Source: Chthonomonas calidirosea (GTDB taxonomy: Bacteria > Armatimonadota > Fimbriimonadia > Fimbriimonadales > Fimbriimonadaceae). From it: a stretch of DNA of 47,908 nt. Positions within the stretch are counted from its first letter, which is position 1. Each line of letters opens with the position of its first letter. Positions 29,274 to 39,846 of the stretch are shown here, in pieces. The translations under genes and the position numbers were made by a program. The DNA is taken from assembly GCA_945859975.1 (NCBI GenBank), contig CAMAPH010000021.1:1-47908 (forward strand), written 5' to 3'. Below the pieces are notes generated by a model that worked only from the letters and a program-made list of their open reading frames with translations, was not told the DNA's origin and searched no databases.

Positions 29274-30062
29274 GGCGCGACGTATCATCGATGCAGCACT
29301 AATATTTGTCCGGTGGCCGCTTTTTTCGGCCACCACATTCAAAAATCGAATCGGCACCCCACTCAAGTACAAATCGCCGATGAGATCCAGCAACTTGTGC
29401 CGCGCGGGTTCATCCGGAAATCGAGCTTCGTTCTTATAGCCGTCCGGTCCAAGAATCAGAACCGAGTTTTCATCTAGCCCTAAGCCTAATCCGGCAGCGA
29501 TGATCTTAGGAACCTCTTCAAAGAACGCGAAGGTTCGCGCCGAAGCTAACTGCTCCCGATAACTTTCCGATGTTGCCCGAAACTCAAAGGACTGAGCATT
29601 AGGCCATCGATCGCCCGTGTCGTAGTCGTACCGCCAGTGGCCGTTGCCATCCGAGATGGCGATCTTGATCGGGTCTTCGTGAACGAATAGGCGTCGAAAG
29701 AGGGGCGGCAACTCCGCAATCCCAAGGTCCGTGGTCCCGGCCGATTCCATGGCGTCGAAGAACGGTAACGCGCTCCCATCCAGTCCCGGCACTTCAGGCG
29801 CATTGAGCTCAACCTCGGCATCGGTGATCTCCAAACCCGCAAGGGCGCTCATCACGTGCTCGATCGTGCAGACCGTTCCAAGTTTCGTGGACCGAGTGGT
29901 TTCGGTGACGTTCTCTGGTCGCGCCGCAAACCGATCGGTTCCATAGCGGAAGGCAATTCCCTCTTCGCCTGGGTGAACGGTCATCTTTACCGGAGCGGCG
30001 GAGTGCAGTCCGATACCCTCGAAAGAAACGGAGTTTGCGAGCGTCTTGCGTTGGTACGTCAT
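29256..30062 (-). CDS. lpxC: UDP-3-O-acyl-N-acetylglucosamine deacetylase LpxC
   Basis: QRKTL...GIGLHS, TIEHVMSAL, DGSA, ARTFAF, RHKLLDLIGD and SGH. ATG at 30062 overlaps the lpxD stop. Confidence 0.95.
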   Translation of the reverse strand: MTYQRKTLANSVSFEGIGLHSAAPVKMTVHPGEEGIAFRYGTDRFAARPENVTETTRSTKLGTVCTIEHVMSALAGLEITDAEVELNAPEVPGLDGSALPFFDAMESAGTTDLGIAELPPLFRRLFVHEDPIKIAISDGNGHWRYDYDTGDRWPNAQSFEFRATSESYREQLASARTFAFFEEVPKIIAAGLGLGLDENSVLILGPDGYKNEARFPDEPARHKLLDLIGDLYLSGVPIRFLNVVAEKSGHRTNISAASMIRRALENKD

Positions 30063-31090
30063 TTTTCTGAGTCCTGCTTCTTTTCGATTTGCCGAAGCCG
30101 TTTCCAAATTTCGGGAAGGCGGCCATAAAGGGCCATCGAACGCTTTTCGGTATCCATCGGTCGGGTTGGATAGCCAAGGTACACGCCTGGTTCGGTGATG
30201 TCCGAGATCACCGCAGCGCGACCGCCGAGGGTGACGCGACTGGTGATTGAGACATGGTGCGCGACACCACACTGCCCCGCCATCACAACGCCATCGCCAA
30301 TCTGAGCGCTCCCACTGATTCCGGTTTGAGCGGCGATCAAAACATGCTTGCCGACTTGCACGTTGTGTCCAACCTGCACCAAGTTATCGAGCTTTGTCCC
30401 TGCCCCAATTCGAGTTGTTCCGGCAGTCGCCCGGTCCACGGTAGTGCATGCCCCAATCTCGGCGAGTTCTCCAACTTCAACGGCTCCCACTTGCGGCACC
30501 TTTGCGTGCTTGGTACCGTCCCAGGTGTAGCCAAATCCGTCGGCTCCGAGCACAGCGTGGGGATGAACGATCGCCCCGGCCCGCAAGGTGACACTCTGCA
30601 TCAGGACGGCATGAGGGTACACAACCACACTTCGCTCTATGTGGCAATTGGGGCCGACATAGGAAAACGGATAGATCACGGCTCCTGCTTCGATGACGGT
30701 TCCTCCCTCGATCACGACAAAGGCACCAATCGCGGCCTCAGAAGACACGGTTGCCGTCGGCGAGACTTGTGCAGTTGGATGAATGCCAACCGCTACGGGG
30801 TGCGGATCGATGCAGAAGTGGAGCAGTTTGCCGAAGGCCGCACGGGGCGATTCGACAACGACCAAAGAAATCCCTTCGGCCACAACTCCGGTCGGTACCA
30901 GGGCCACGCCGATTCCATTCGCTACAACCTGCGAAAGATACTCCTCGTTCTCCGCGAAGACCACGGTATCGGGAGAGGCATCGAACAAGGTGCCCGGCCG
31001 GCTCACCTTTCGGGTCGAGTCTCCAACAATCGAACCGCCCACAAACGCGGCAAGGTCCGCTACCGTCCAAGCTTCTGGGAATTTCGCCAT
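30059..31090 (-). CDS. lpxD: UDP-3-O-(3-hydroxyacyl)glucosamine N-acyltransferase LpxD
   Basis: Hexapeptide repeats, GADGFGY, KVPQVGAV, VDRA, KLDNLVQVGHNV. Confidence 0.96.
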   Translation of the reverse strand: MAKFPEAWTVADLAAFVGGSIVGDSTRKVSRPGTLFDASPDTVVFAENEEYLSQVVANGIGVALVPTGVVAEGISLVVVESPRAAFGKLLHFCIDPHPVAVGIHPTAQVSPTATVSSEAAIGAFVVIEGGTVIEAGAVIYPFSYVGPNCHIERSVVVYPHAVLMQSVTLRAGAIVHPHAVLGADGFGYTWDGTKHAKVPQVGAVEVGELAEIGACTTVDRATAGTTRIGAGTKLDNLVQVGHNVQVGKHVLIAAQTGISGSAQIGDGVVMAGQCGVAHHVSITSRVTLGGRAAVISDITEPGVYLGYPTRPMDTEKRSMALYGRLPEIWKRLRQIEKKQDSEK

Positions 31091-32082
31091 GCTATAAATT
31101 CTGCCGTCTTATCTACGGCACCTTTCTTCAATTCAAATCCATTGAGCCCGACCCAAATGCGAAGATCGCTCTCCACAAGCGATTGCGTCAGTTGGGGTTC
31201 GGAGAGCTCCGGCGATGAAGGTACCTTGGGCACCTCAGCCAGCGGTTTTCCACCCGGAATCGTCACCGACTCTGCCGCGACGGGCCGCAGTTTGATCACC
31301 TGACCTCGCGCAAGGTCAAGTTGAAAGTCTTTCGTGGCGTCCGCCACCTGCTTGTTCGCCTCGGCATTTGCCTGGGCATCTAGCTCGTTCTTCCGCAATT
31401 CAATCGCAAGAAGAATCTGGGTCCGACGCTGGGCGAGGGCGTCTAGGCGAAGAATCGACATGTTCTCGATCCTCGCCTTGAACTCAGCATCAATGCGGGC
31501 GAGGTCCTTGCGAAGCTGCAGTGCTTCGTCTTCCCGCAGTTGAGGAACCGGTCGGAGCGGCGTAGGCGAAGGGGTGTTTTGCGGGTTCGGATCGGGCCAA
31601 CCGGCAAGAAACGCTAGACGCGATACTTTTGGAAGCCTTTCTGCCCCGACTTTCTCTAGTTCCGCCCGAATGCTCTCGCTCAATTCTGTCAGCGAAGACT
31701 CCTCAAGATCACCAAACTGCCGCTGGAGCTCGACTTCGTACCGCTTGACATCACGGGCGTATAGCTTTCGGAGTTGCTTCTCCAAACGCACGCGGATCGA
31801 TTCTTGGAGCTTTCGGACTGATTCACGCAGCTCGTCGGCGTTCTGTGGACGCGTCATGATCTCTCGCGCGGGCAACGCGGGCAAGACGGCAGTAACCCCG
31901 GGCAAGGGTTTTGGTGCGCGAGGCACGGTCGGTTCTTTCTCGGCAGGTGGAAGTGATTGCTGGACCACCTGGCTAACGTTCACGCTCACCGCCAGTTTTG
32001 CCACGGGCGAGCCACAACCGGCACAAATCAGGAGCGCAAGGAACGCGCTACTTCTTGGCGTCCATTGCTTTAAGCGCGGCAT
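31060..32082 (-). CDS. Predicted lipoprotein, coiled-coil, divergent Skp/OmpH-like
   Basis: Signal with lipobox-like ICAG-C and a long coiled coil. N-terminal AVSVNVSQVV and C-terminal GAVDKTAEFI resemble the termini of the two adjacent Skp paralogs. Start uncertain. Confidence 0.6.
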   Translation of the reverse strand: MPRLKQWTPRSSAFLALLICAGCGSPVAKLAVSVNVSQVVQQSLPPAEKEPTVPRAPKPLPGVTAVLPALPAREIMTRPQNADELRESVRKLQESIRVRLEKQLRKLYARDVKRYEVELQRQFGDLEESSLTELSESIRAELEKVGAERLPKVSRLAFLAGWPDPNPQNTPSPTPLRPVPQLREDEALQLRKDLARIDAEFKARIENMSILRLDALAQRRTQILLAIELRKNELDAQANAEANKQVADATKDFQLDLARGQVIKLRPVAAESVTIPGGKPLAEVPKVPSSPELSEPQLTQSLVESDLRIWVGLNGFELKKGAVDKTAEFIAWRNSQKLGR

Positions 32083-32725
32083 CCGTGAGGTCATTTGCTC
32101 CGAAAGGTGCGATCCCAATTTCAAAAACAACGTTATAACCTTCCGCCTTTGCCACGTCCTGAACCGAGGTGCGAGCGCGTTCAAGGCCCTTAACCTTTTG
32201 GTCCGAAGCCCAGCCCTGGATCTCGTTCGTGAACTGCTTCAACAATCGATCGGCGAATTCGCTCATTGCTTGGCTTCGCCGCGCGTAGTCTTCCAGCAGC
32301 GTCCGCTCTTCGGCGGTCAGCCCCGCGGCTTTAGTGGAGAGTTCCGCCCACTTTTTGTTGGCGGTGATGACTTCCGCTTTGATCCGCTCAAGCTCCGCCT
32401 TCTCTTCATTGGTTGGGTTGGTCTTGATCGTGAGATCTCGGAGCCGTTGAGCCTGCTCGGTTGTGAGCACACGGTTGGTATCGATGAACTCGAGTAAGCC
32501 TTCTCGCGATGCCTGCATCTGCCGGAACATCGTCTGGGTTTCTTTTCCGTAGCTACTGTTCTCGACAACTTTCGCAATGTCCACCACGCCGAACTTCATC
32601 GCGGGCGTTTGAAATCCGCTCGCAAAGGTGACGGCAGCAAATGCCGCCGCCACGACCCAACCCATTTGGGCAAGGGCGCCCTGCAAGGCTCGGCGGCGAC
32701 GGGGGGTTCGGCGTGGATGATCCAT
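32048..32725 (-). CDS. skp: OmpH/Skp family periplasmic chaperone (paralog 2)
   Basis: KFGVVDIAKVV N-terminal strand, coiled-coil arms, VAKAEGYNVVF...DLTDAAL C-terminus; in the bamA-lpxD cluster. Confidence 0.88.
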   Translation of the reverse strand: MDHPRRTPRRRRALQGALAQMGWVVAAAFAAVTFASGFQTPAMKFGVVDIAKVVENSSYGKETQTMFRQMQASREGLLEFIDTNRVLTTEQAQRLRDLTIKTNPTNEEKAELERIKAEVITANKKWAELSTKAAGLTAEERTLLEDYARRSQAMSEFADRLLKQFTNEIQGWASDQKVKGLERARTSVQDVAKAEGYNVVFEIGIAPFGANDLTDAALKAMDAKK

Positions 32726-32742
32726 TACGGTTTTTGGGTCGA

Positions 32743-33381
32743 TTACTTCTTGGCGTTAATGGCTTTGAGCGCTTCTGGCGTCAAGTCATTTGCAGCATAA
32801 GGTGCGGTTTCGTCGGAGAAGACGATGCTGTATCCTTGCTTTTGCGAGATCTCGCTGATGGCCGCTTTGACTTTCAACAACGTATCTGCGCGCATCTTGC
32901 TCTGCCTATCCGTGATTTCTCGGCTAAATTCCTGCTGAGTTAAGCCCAAGTATCGCTCGTTTTCTTGAACGTTTCGTTGGAAAGTTGCAAGCTGAGTCTT
33001 CTCGGCGTCGGTTGCGTTTGGCTTCGTTTGAAGTTCTCGATTCTTCTGATCTGCGGTGACTCCAGCCTTTCGAAGTCGCTCGAGTTCCGCCTTATCGGCG
33101 TCGGTCTGCGGTGTCTTGAGACTCAACTCTCGGAACTTCTTTAGGTCTGCGGTTGGCAGCATTGGATAGGTCGCGAGGAAGTTGAAAGTGTTTTCGCGAG
33201 CGGTACCGAATTCACGGATTTCGACATCCAGCTTTTGCCGGATTTCGCTGTCATCAAACACTTTGGCGACGTTGACTGTGCCGAGCTTCAGGGCCTTCTC
33301 TTGAAAGCCCGTGCTCACGACGAAGATGAGAGACATTGCGAGAGCGCCCGAAACCGCCCAGCCTAAATTTTCTTTGTTCAT
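32743..33381 (-). CDS. skp: OmpH/Skp family periplasmic chaperone (paralog 1)
   Basis: KLGTVNVAKVF, coiled coil, ISQKQGYSIVF...DLTPEAL; directly after bamA. Confidence 0.88.
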   Translation of the reverse strand: MNKENLGWAVSGALAMSLIFVVSTGFQEKALKLGTVNVAKVFDDSEIRQKLDVEIREFGTARENTFNFLATYPMLPTADLKKFRELSLKTPQTDADKAELERLRKAGVTADQKNRELQTKPNATDAEKTQLATFQRNVQENERYLGLTQQEFSREITDRQSKMRADTLLKVKAAISEISQKQGYSIVFSDETAPYAANDLTPEALKAINAKK

Positions 33382-33404
33382 GTTTTTCCTTTATGAAGCC
33401 TTGG

Positions 33405-35192
33405 TTAGAAGGACGTTCCGATCAAGAAGTGAGTACGGCTCTGACCATCCTCATTGAAGCCAAAGTCGATTCGAATAGGTCCAAGCGGAGTTCGGAACGC
33501 AAGGCCCAAACCGTAGCCGAGGTGCATCTGGAACTTGTTTGACTGGCTGAAGTTGTTGATGGCACCGTAGCCACCCCAAGCTCCGCCGTAGTCTGCAAAT
33601 CCGATGATGTTGAACGACCGCTGAACTGGGTACCGATATTCTAGGTTCGTTACCAACTGGTGTCGGCCCCAGAATCGATCTTCATCGTAACCACGGATCG
33701 AGTTTGCGCCACCCGCAAAGTACTGCTCGAAGAACGGGACGGTTCCCGAAATTGTGCCGTAGCGAGCTCGGAAGGCCAAAACTCGTCGTGGGGCATCTGG
33801 ATCGTTTCGGCCACGCGCCGGTTGGTTTGTGAAGTAGCGCCGGTATTCGATGGCCGACTTGGTAAACGAACTGTTGCCAAGCAAGCTGGTATCGGTGATC
33901 GCTCCGCCAATGCGGTCGATTCGCGTGAGACCAGGCTCGAACTCGAGTCGAAGGAAGTCGCCCCGCGAAGGATCAACCACCAAGTCTCGCTTGTCCGAAG
34001 TCAGCGCAAACGCGACGGTGCTGACGGTGCCGTCCTGTTGGATGAAGCCCGTTCCGGTGGACGTCGAACCATTAAAGGTCTTCGTGGATTCGTACCGGCC
34101 ACTGATTCCGAAAGTGAGATCTTCTTTGATCGGCCTGGCTAGAGCAAGGGTTCCACCAGCACGTCGCTCAAAGACCGAGTTGTCGGTAGTCGGCGTGTTG
34201 CTGTTGAAGAAGTTGTTGAATCGGTAAATGACGCGGCTGTACACCGATACCGAAACCGTGGTGTCTCGGTCGTCATAAAACGGGTTGATGTACTCGAGTC
34301 CGACGCTGGCGCCGCCGCCCTGCGTGGTCTGGAGGTAGTCGAGCGTCACGCCTTGGCCGGTTCCGCCGAGGTTGTTTTCCGAAAGCCGTACAACACCAGC
34401 AAGGGAGTTCTGCGGGTCAAGCTGAAGACCAACGTCAAATCGCCCCGTTCGTCCTTCCTTGACTTCGACCGTCAGGTCAACCTTACCAACCTCTCGATCT
34501 GGGTCTTCGATGCTTCGTATCGTGCCGGGTTCAAACCAACCCGAGCCAGCGACTCGCCGCAGATCTTTGCCCCAGCGCTCGCCATTAAATGCGTTTCCAG
34601 AGCGGGTCTTGATCAGGCGCTTAAACACCCAGTCCTTCGTTCTAACGTTTCCTTGGACCGAGATCGTGCCGACTTTGATTTCGCTGATCGCAAGGTTGAT
34701 CGTGCCGGTGCTGCCTTCGAGAGGAGTGAAGTCGAGAACCTGGGCGAAATAGGATTTGTCAGCGTAAAGCTTTTCAATCGCGCGGATGCTTGGAGCTAGG
34801 GCGTTTGCATTGAAAACGTCGCCAGGCTTCAAGCTGACAACCGCGAGAATCTGTTCGGTGGTGACAACCGTGTTTCCGGTGACGCGAATTTCCTTGATCT
34901 CTGGAAACTCAACGAGGTCTACCGTAACGGAGTATTGGCCGCTTTCCAGCGGGGTGGCCCGAACGCTTACCGCGGAGAAAAAGCCTAGGTCTTCTAGAGC
35001 TTTCTTATCGCGATCCAAGTTCTCTTGGATGTATGGCTGTCCTACCTTTGTCCGAATGATGCCGCTGATGGTCTCAACGGTTACGCGCTTGTTGCCGCGA
35101 ATGATAACTTCCTTGATGTTGGTCGCTTCCTGGGCAATCGCCGCGGCGGAAGTGAGAAATAACAAGGCAAATGCCGCTAGATTTTTGGTCAA
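33405..35192 (-). CDS. bamA: Omp85/BamA family outer-membrane protein assembly factor (about 3 POTRA domains)
   Basis: POTRA repeats (IxGNxxV...GxF/YF), NLGGTGQ barrel start, GGANSIRGY loop-6 motif, TPLGPIRIDFG, C-terminal Phe. TTG at 35192 follows GGAGG. Confidence 0.93.
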   Translation of the reverse strand: MTKNLAAFALLFLTSAAAIAQEATNIKEVIIRGNKRVTVETISGIIRTKVGQPYIQENLDRDKKALEDLGFFSAVSVRATPLESGQYSVTVDLVEFPEIKEIRVTGNTVVTTEQILAVVSLKPGDVFNANALAPSIRAIEKLYADKSYFAQVLDFTPLEGSTGTINLAISEIKVGTISVQGNVRTKDWVFKRLIKTRSGNAFNGERWGKDLRRVAGSGWFEPGTIRSIEDPDREVGKVDLTVEVKEGRTGRFDVGLQLDPQNSLAGVVRLSENNLGGTGQGVTLDYLQTTQGGGASVGLEYINPFYDDRDTTVSVSVYSRVIYRFNNFFNSNTPTTDNSVFERRAGGTLALARPIKEDLTFGISGRYESTKTFNGSTSTGTGFIQQDGTVSTVAFALTSDKRDLVVDPSRGDFLRLEFEPGLTRIDRIGGAITDTSLLGNSSFTKSAIEYRRYFTNQPARGRNDPDAPRRVLAFRARYGTISGTVPFFEQYFAGGANSIRGYDEDRFWGRHQLVTNLEYRYPVQRSFNIIGFADYGGAWGGYGAINNFSQSNKFQMHLGYGLGLAFRTPLGPIRIDFGFNEDGQSRTHFLIGTSF

Positions 35193-35331
35193 TGCTCCTC
35201 CAACTGGTCCTTCAAACAATGCAAAGGTGAATGCAGACTTTACCCGTGATGCTTCGGTAGACCCGACCGATTGAAGCAAACGTGCTCAGCTTCACTGCGT
35301 TACGCAAGGGCCCAGCCACAGATTCAGTTCT

Positions 35332-38300
35332 TTAGAATCTCACCGAATAGTTCAGACCCACTTTGAAGGGCCGGATCTCATCCTGTCCGACAAAGAACGA
35401 GATTCTCGACAGCCAGCCTTTCAACTTTCGCGGTCGGTAATCCAGCCTAAATTCGTATCTGACCGGGAAGCCCGGAAGTGGTTCTCCAATTTGCCTTCGC
35501 CCCTGGAAAATGAAATCTCTCCCAAGATTCTTGGCAAACAGGATCGTGCCTTTTTCGAAGTTGTTGTAATCGAGACTGAGGTAGTCGAGGCCGAGGCTTC
35601 GGGCGAGTGGGCTCGTGATTTGCTCGAACACGAGCGGAACCGCGATTCCCACCAAGGCGGACCGTAATCGCTCCTCGGCAAGGTCTCGTTCGCCAGTGTT
35701 TCCGAGGCTCTCGATGACGTCGGTGCGACCCAACAGGGCGATGATTTGGTTCTGGCTGAGGCCGGCCGGATCGGAGGATGCCGCGAAGCTCAAGCCTCCC
35801 TCTTTCAGCAAGTCTCCCGTGACCGCGATCGTGACGTCATACCGTTCTGGGTTCTGGGTAACGACCGCGGTGGTGACCGCAGTTCGGCCTTCGAGTTCGA
35901 CCTGCATCGTCGTGACCGGGTTTCGCGCGTTGCCGTCATACTCGATCGCAACCGTTCCGCCTTGGTCCAAACGAATCTTTGCTCCCGGAAGCTGGAAGGA
36001 ACCACGTTCAACGAAAATCTCGCTCGTTAAGCGAGGGGTCACTAACGATCCGTTTAGGTTTGCATCACCATAAAGATACAAATCTGCGGTCGCGGCGCGA
36101 AGCCGGGAAAACTCGGCCATAGAAATGTCGATGGCAAATCTGGGATTGACCAACGGTGGCGCGGTAGCTGTGGACTGAGCCTGAATCTCCGGTACGACGA
36201 TATCTCCGTTGCGAACGGTCACGTTTCCGGCAAGCAATGGCGAAGCGAGATTGCCGCTCACGTTGATCGTGCCGGTCACCGTTGCATCAACTGCTCCTCC
36301 CTTCAAAGTCTGCTTGTGCCGAACGTTGCGAGCCACCAATTTGCCCGTGACGGAACTCTGCAAGATTCGCTCTAGGCCACCTTCCGAGAAGGCATCTGCC
36401 ATCCGCTCCAAGCTTCCGATCGGGGACATCAGTTCGAGCTTCACGTCGCCACCTTGGGCCACCATGAAGTCGGCGTTGGTAGAAATCTCGCGCCCGTCTA
36501 GTCGAACGGCAAAGTTAGCATTCTTCAGTCCGTTATCTACGTTTCGCAGCGAAATGTTCTCGGCTTGAACGTTCACGCCCCCCGTGTATTGCAAATCGTT
36601 CAGGGTTCCCGCCGCGCTGATTTGCCCCGAAACGAAGCCAACCGTTTTTTCCGGATCAATCTGCGCGCTGAACTCGCTGATTTCCGAAAGTGGGCGTCGG
36701 CTTAAGTTGACGGTGGCCGTGATTTGCTGATCGGTGGGAACCTGGGCCGGGAAACTAAATGGCACATTGGCCGCAATCGAACCTTGGAATCCTCGGTATT
36801 TGAACACTCCGGCGGCTTGGATGCCTCCGGTTTTTCCATCGCCATTCGTGACGTTCACTTGGTCGAGCGACAAGATCAAGCTGGCATCTGGCCGTTTCGG
36901 ATCGGCGAGCAAGCCCTGGGTTTCCAACGACGCCTGGACGCTCGGATCCTTTACCGTGCCCGACACCGCGAACGGAATGGTAAAGCTTCCAGATCGGCCT
37001 TCTAGCGCTGGCAAGTAGGGGCTGAGCTCCTTGATCTGGATCTCGGTAAGTTCACCATCCACCGAAATGGCGCCGTTCTCGACGACCGATCCCTGCGCGC
37101 TCACTTGTCCCGTTGGGCCCTTTACGGTGAACGATTTCACCGTGGCGACTCGATTTTCCCAACCGCCAGAAAGCTTGATTTCTCCGATCGCCGTAGGGCC
37201 GAGCGCGACCTGATTCGCTTCGAGCGAGTCGACGAAAATGGACGGCTTTTCGACCGTTCCGTAGCCTCTCACCGCGAAGCTGGCGGCGCCCTTGATGTCA
37301 TTCAGCTGTCGGCGCGTTTCGTATGGAACGTCCTTCAGGTAGCGGCCGGATGCCTGAACAAAGTCTTCTAGCAGAAAGCCGTTCACGTTTAAATTGGCGG
37401 TGAATTGTTTACTCTCAATGTCGTAAGCGTCGACGTTGGCTTCGATAAAGCGATCCAATTGTCCGAGCGCGAGGTCGCCCTTGACCACGCCATCGACAAT
37501 GCTTGCGTTGATATCTCCAGCGCCGATCGGTGTTCCGTTGAAGACGAATTCCTGTACGGCACCTTTAAGGTTTGCCGTGGTGAGTTGCCCATCGGCGATC
37601 TTAGCGTTTGCCGTGCCCGCGAACGTTCCGCTGGCATCGAGGATATCCACGGTTTCGGTCGAGATGTCTTTGAGCGAGATGTTCGAAGCCGAGGCGGTCG
37701 CAGAACCGAGGCGCGTGTTCAGGTCGTAGTTGCCGTCCACCTGGACTTTTCCGCCGAAGACCGTGGCATTAAGTCCGAAGAGCGAGAGCTTTGAGTTAGC
37801 GAGGGTTACGAGGCCACGAATGTCGTTTGCGCGGACATCGGCCACGACGACGTTCTCTCCGCTGACTTCCGCCGTCATGGTCGGCTTTTGAAGCGTGCCG
37901 CCGATCGTGATCATGGGTGCATCAATTCGGCCGATGGCCTCTTCGCCCAAGACATCGGCCAATTGGAGTCGCGCGATGGCACCGGAACCGCTAATTCCGC
38001 CGGTGCGGACGGAGTAGCGCATCATTCCGCTGACTTCGGTCGGGCCGCGAACGGCCTGCAAGTTGGTGAGGAACCAATCGTCGCGATTGCCTGAAAAGGT
38101 CGATTTGACAAGGGGCACGGTTAGGTTGGCAAATTCGGTGCCATACGCCTCCGCGATGCCCCGCACCAGCGGCTGAGTTGTGGTGCCCTTGACCGTTCCC
38201 ACCGCACTTACCGTGCCTTTCACGTCGCGAGAGAACTGCCCCATATCGAAGGCAAGGGCAGAAAATCGGAGATCCAGGGGTCCGTTTGGTGCGGCTTCTC

Positions 38301-39846
38301 CGGTTACGGTGAGCAACGATTCGCCCTGGTTGGCTAGTGCGCGCGCGATTTCGAACGATTTCCCGTCCCAGTTACCGGCCACAACGACTTGCCGGACTTT
38401 GAGCGGAAGATCCTTGTTTGCCAGGTAACTCGCGGCCCCGGTTACCCGGAGTTTGGCCGTCGGCTTTGTGAATGTTCCGCCTAGGACGGCACTAAGATCG
38501 AGGTTCGAGGATAGCCCCTTCGGGATCTCCTTCAACGGAACTTTTGAAGCGTCAACTTTTTGCGCCGAAACCCAGCCGTTCAGCAGTTGATCGGTGGGGC
38601 GAATCATCATTGCCGCAGACACTCGACCGAGGTTCGTTTGCGCATCGCGGGCAACAATCGACACTTGGTCCGTGTTTCCGGTTAGCGCGAGATTGATGTT
38701 GGTTCCAGAGTAGCGATCAAAGGCGGCCGATCCCGCCGTCGCGTTGGCTTGGAACTCAGCTTTGTCGTTTATGCCGGCGATCCAGCCTTGTGCCCGAACG
38801 TTGGTGGCTTTGGTGCCTTTGGGCAATACGATGCCAAGCTCTTTTGGAAGTCGCGATGCATCGGCGATGTCGACTTCGATCGCGCCAGTGTAGGTGGCCG
38901 ACTTGCCGAAACTGACGTTGCCAGAGAAAGTGCCGCTCGCGCTGGGGTCACTCGCAGACATCTGTCCGGCGAGGGCAGAGTCGGTGGCGGTTCCGTTAAA
39001 GTTTGCGCTAACAATCCGATACTTTTCCCATGTTACATCGGTGGCCTTTCCGGTTCCGATGTACCGAAACCGGGCCGCACCGGAGGTCGGGATGAACGCC
39101 AAAATTTGTCCTTCCGCTCGTCCCGATCCGATGCTGAGTTCTTTTGGGAGTTCTGGTTTCAGTGTGCGATTCAATGCGGAACTAAGCGTGGCGACAAACG
39201 CTCCGGATTTCACTACCGCGCCTTTCTTCGCGATCTGCTGAGCTCTAAATTCGGTTTCTCCAACGGTCGGGACATTGAGGTGGCCGCGAGCGCGCCAGTC
39301 GTCGCCGATTCCCTCGACAACTACTTTGCGAGTGATCGCGGAGAGATTGCTCTTTGTCCGGGCGTCGTAATAATTCAGCCGCAATCCATCAACGAAAACG
39401 GAGAACGGTAGCTTTCCGGGCTCACCCTTCTCTTTTGAAAGGTACTGCTCAAATTCAAACTTTCCGTTTGGAAGCCTCCGCAGGTTGATGTTGACGTTTC
39501 GAACTTCCGCGCGGACGAGGCTGGTTTGAAAGTTCATGATGTCGCTCGTCTTCGCCGAGGCGGCATCCATGCTGAGAAGTAGTTTCCCCTTAGAATCGGA
39601 CAAGGAAACGCCCCAAAGCTGCATGGTTCTCGACTTTTCGTCCAATCGGAACCGCTGTGCGCGTAGGGTCAGTAACTGTCCCGCTGCCTTGATTGGGATC
39701 TTGACCGGTGCCTGTGGGTCGAGGACAAAGTAGACGACGCCTTGCAAGTAAAAGAAAGCCATCAAGCAGATGGCAATCGGCGGCACGAACGTGATGAGAA
39801 AGCGGAGGATGGATAGCGAGACTCGAATACCCTTCCTCCTGATCAA
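35332..39846 (-). CDS. tamB: Translocation/assembly module TamB (AsmA-like, DUF490)
   Basis: 1504 aa; N-terminal TM anchor; repeated beta-taco motifs (xGTxxxP); SSDP..LSQ.QIIALL motif; C-terminal LNYSVRF; immediately upstream of Omp85. Confidence 0.88.
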   Translation of the reverse strand: MIRRKGIRVSLSILRFLITFVPPIAICLMAFFYLQGVVYFVLDPQAPVKIPIKAAGQLLTLRAQRFRLDEKSRTMQLWGVSLSDSKGKLLLSMDAASAKTSDIMNFQTSLVRAEVRNVNINLRRLPNGKFEFEQYLSKEKGEPGKLPFSVFVDGLRLNYYDARTKSNLSAITRKVVVEGIGDDWRARGHLNVPTVGETEFRAQQIAKKGAVVKSGAFVATLSSALNRTLKPELPKELSIGSGRAEGQILAFIPTSGAARFRYIGTGKATDVTWEKYRIVSANFNGTATDSALAGQMSASDPSASGTFSGNVSFGKSATYTGAIEVDIADASRLPKELGIVLPKGTKATNVRAQGWIAGINDKAEFQANATAGSAAFDRYSGTNINLALTGNTDQVSIVARDAQTNLGRVSAAMMIRPTDQLLNGWVSAQKVDASKVPLKEIPKGLSSNLDLSAVLGGTFTKPTAKLRVTGAASYLANKDLPLKVRQVVVAGNWDGKSFEIARALANQGESLLTVTGEAAPNGPLDLRFSALAFDMGQFSRDVKGTVSAVGTVKGTTTQPLVRGIAEAYGTEFANLTVPLVKSTFSGNRDDWFLTNLQAVRGPTEVSGMMRYSVRTGGISGSGAIARLQLADVLGEEAIGRIDAPMITIGGTLQKPTMTAEVSGENVVVADVRANDIRGLVTLANSKLSLFGLNATVFGGKVQVDGNYDLNTRLGSATASASNISLKDISTETVDILDASGTFAGTANAKIADGQLTTANLKGAVQEFVFNGTPIGAGDINASIVDGVVKGDLALGQLDRFIEANVDAYDIESKQFTANLNVNGFLLEDFVQASGRYLKDVPYETRRQLNDIKGAASFAVRGYGTVEKPSIFVDSLEANQVALGPTAIGEIKLSGGWENRVATVKSFTVKGPTGQVSAQGSVVENGAISVDGELTEIQIKELSPYLPALEGRSGSFTIPFAVSGTVKDPSVQASLETQGLLADPKRPDASLILSLDQVNVTNGDGKTGGIQAAGVFKYRGFQGSIAANVPFSFPAQVPTDQQITATVNLSRRPLSEISEFSAQIDPEKTVGFVSGQISAAGTLNDLQYTGGVNVQAENISLRNVDNGLKNANFAVRLDGREISTNADFMVAQGGDVKLELMSPIGSLERMADAFSEGGLERILQSSVTGKLVARNVRHKQTLKGGAVDATVTGTINVSGNLASPLLAGNVTVRNGDIVVPEIQAQSTATAPPLVNPRFAIDISMAEFSRLRAATADLYLYGDANLNGSLVTPRLTSEIFVERGSFQLPGAKIRLDQGGTVAIEYDGNARNPVTTMQVELEGRTAVTTAVVTQNPERYDVTIAVTGDLLKEGGLSFAASSDPAGLSQNQIIALLGRTDVIESLGNTGERDLAEERLRSALVGIAVPLVFEQITSPLARSLGLDYLSLDYNNFEKGTILFAKNLGRDFIFQGRRQIGEPLPGFPVRYEFRLDYRPRKLKGWLSRISFFVGQDEIRPFKVGLNYSVRF

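Noticed and set aside
30254..32497. Long plus-strand ORFs (349 aa at 30254 and 307 aa at 31574)
   Set aside because: Antisense shadows of lpxD and the skp-like genes; no recognisable domains.
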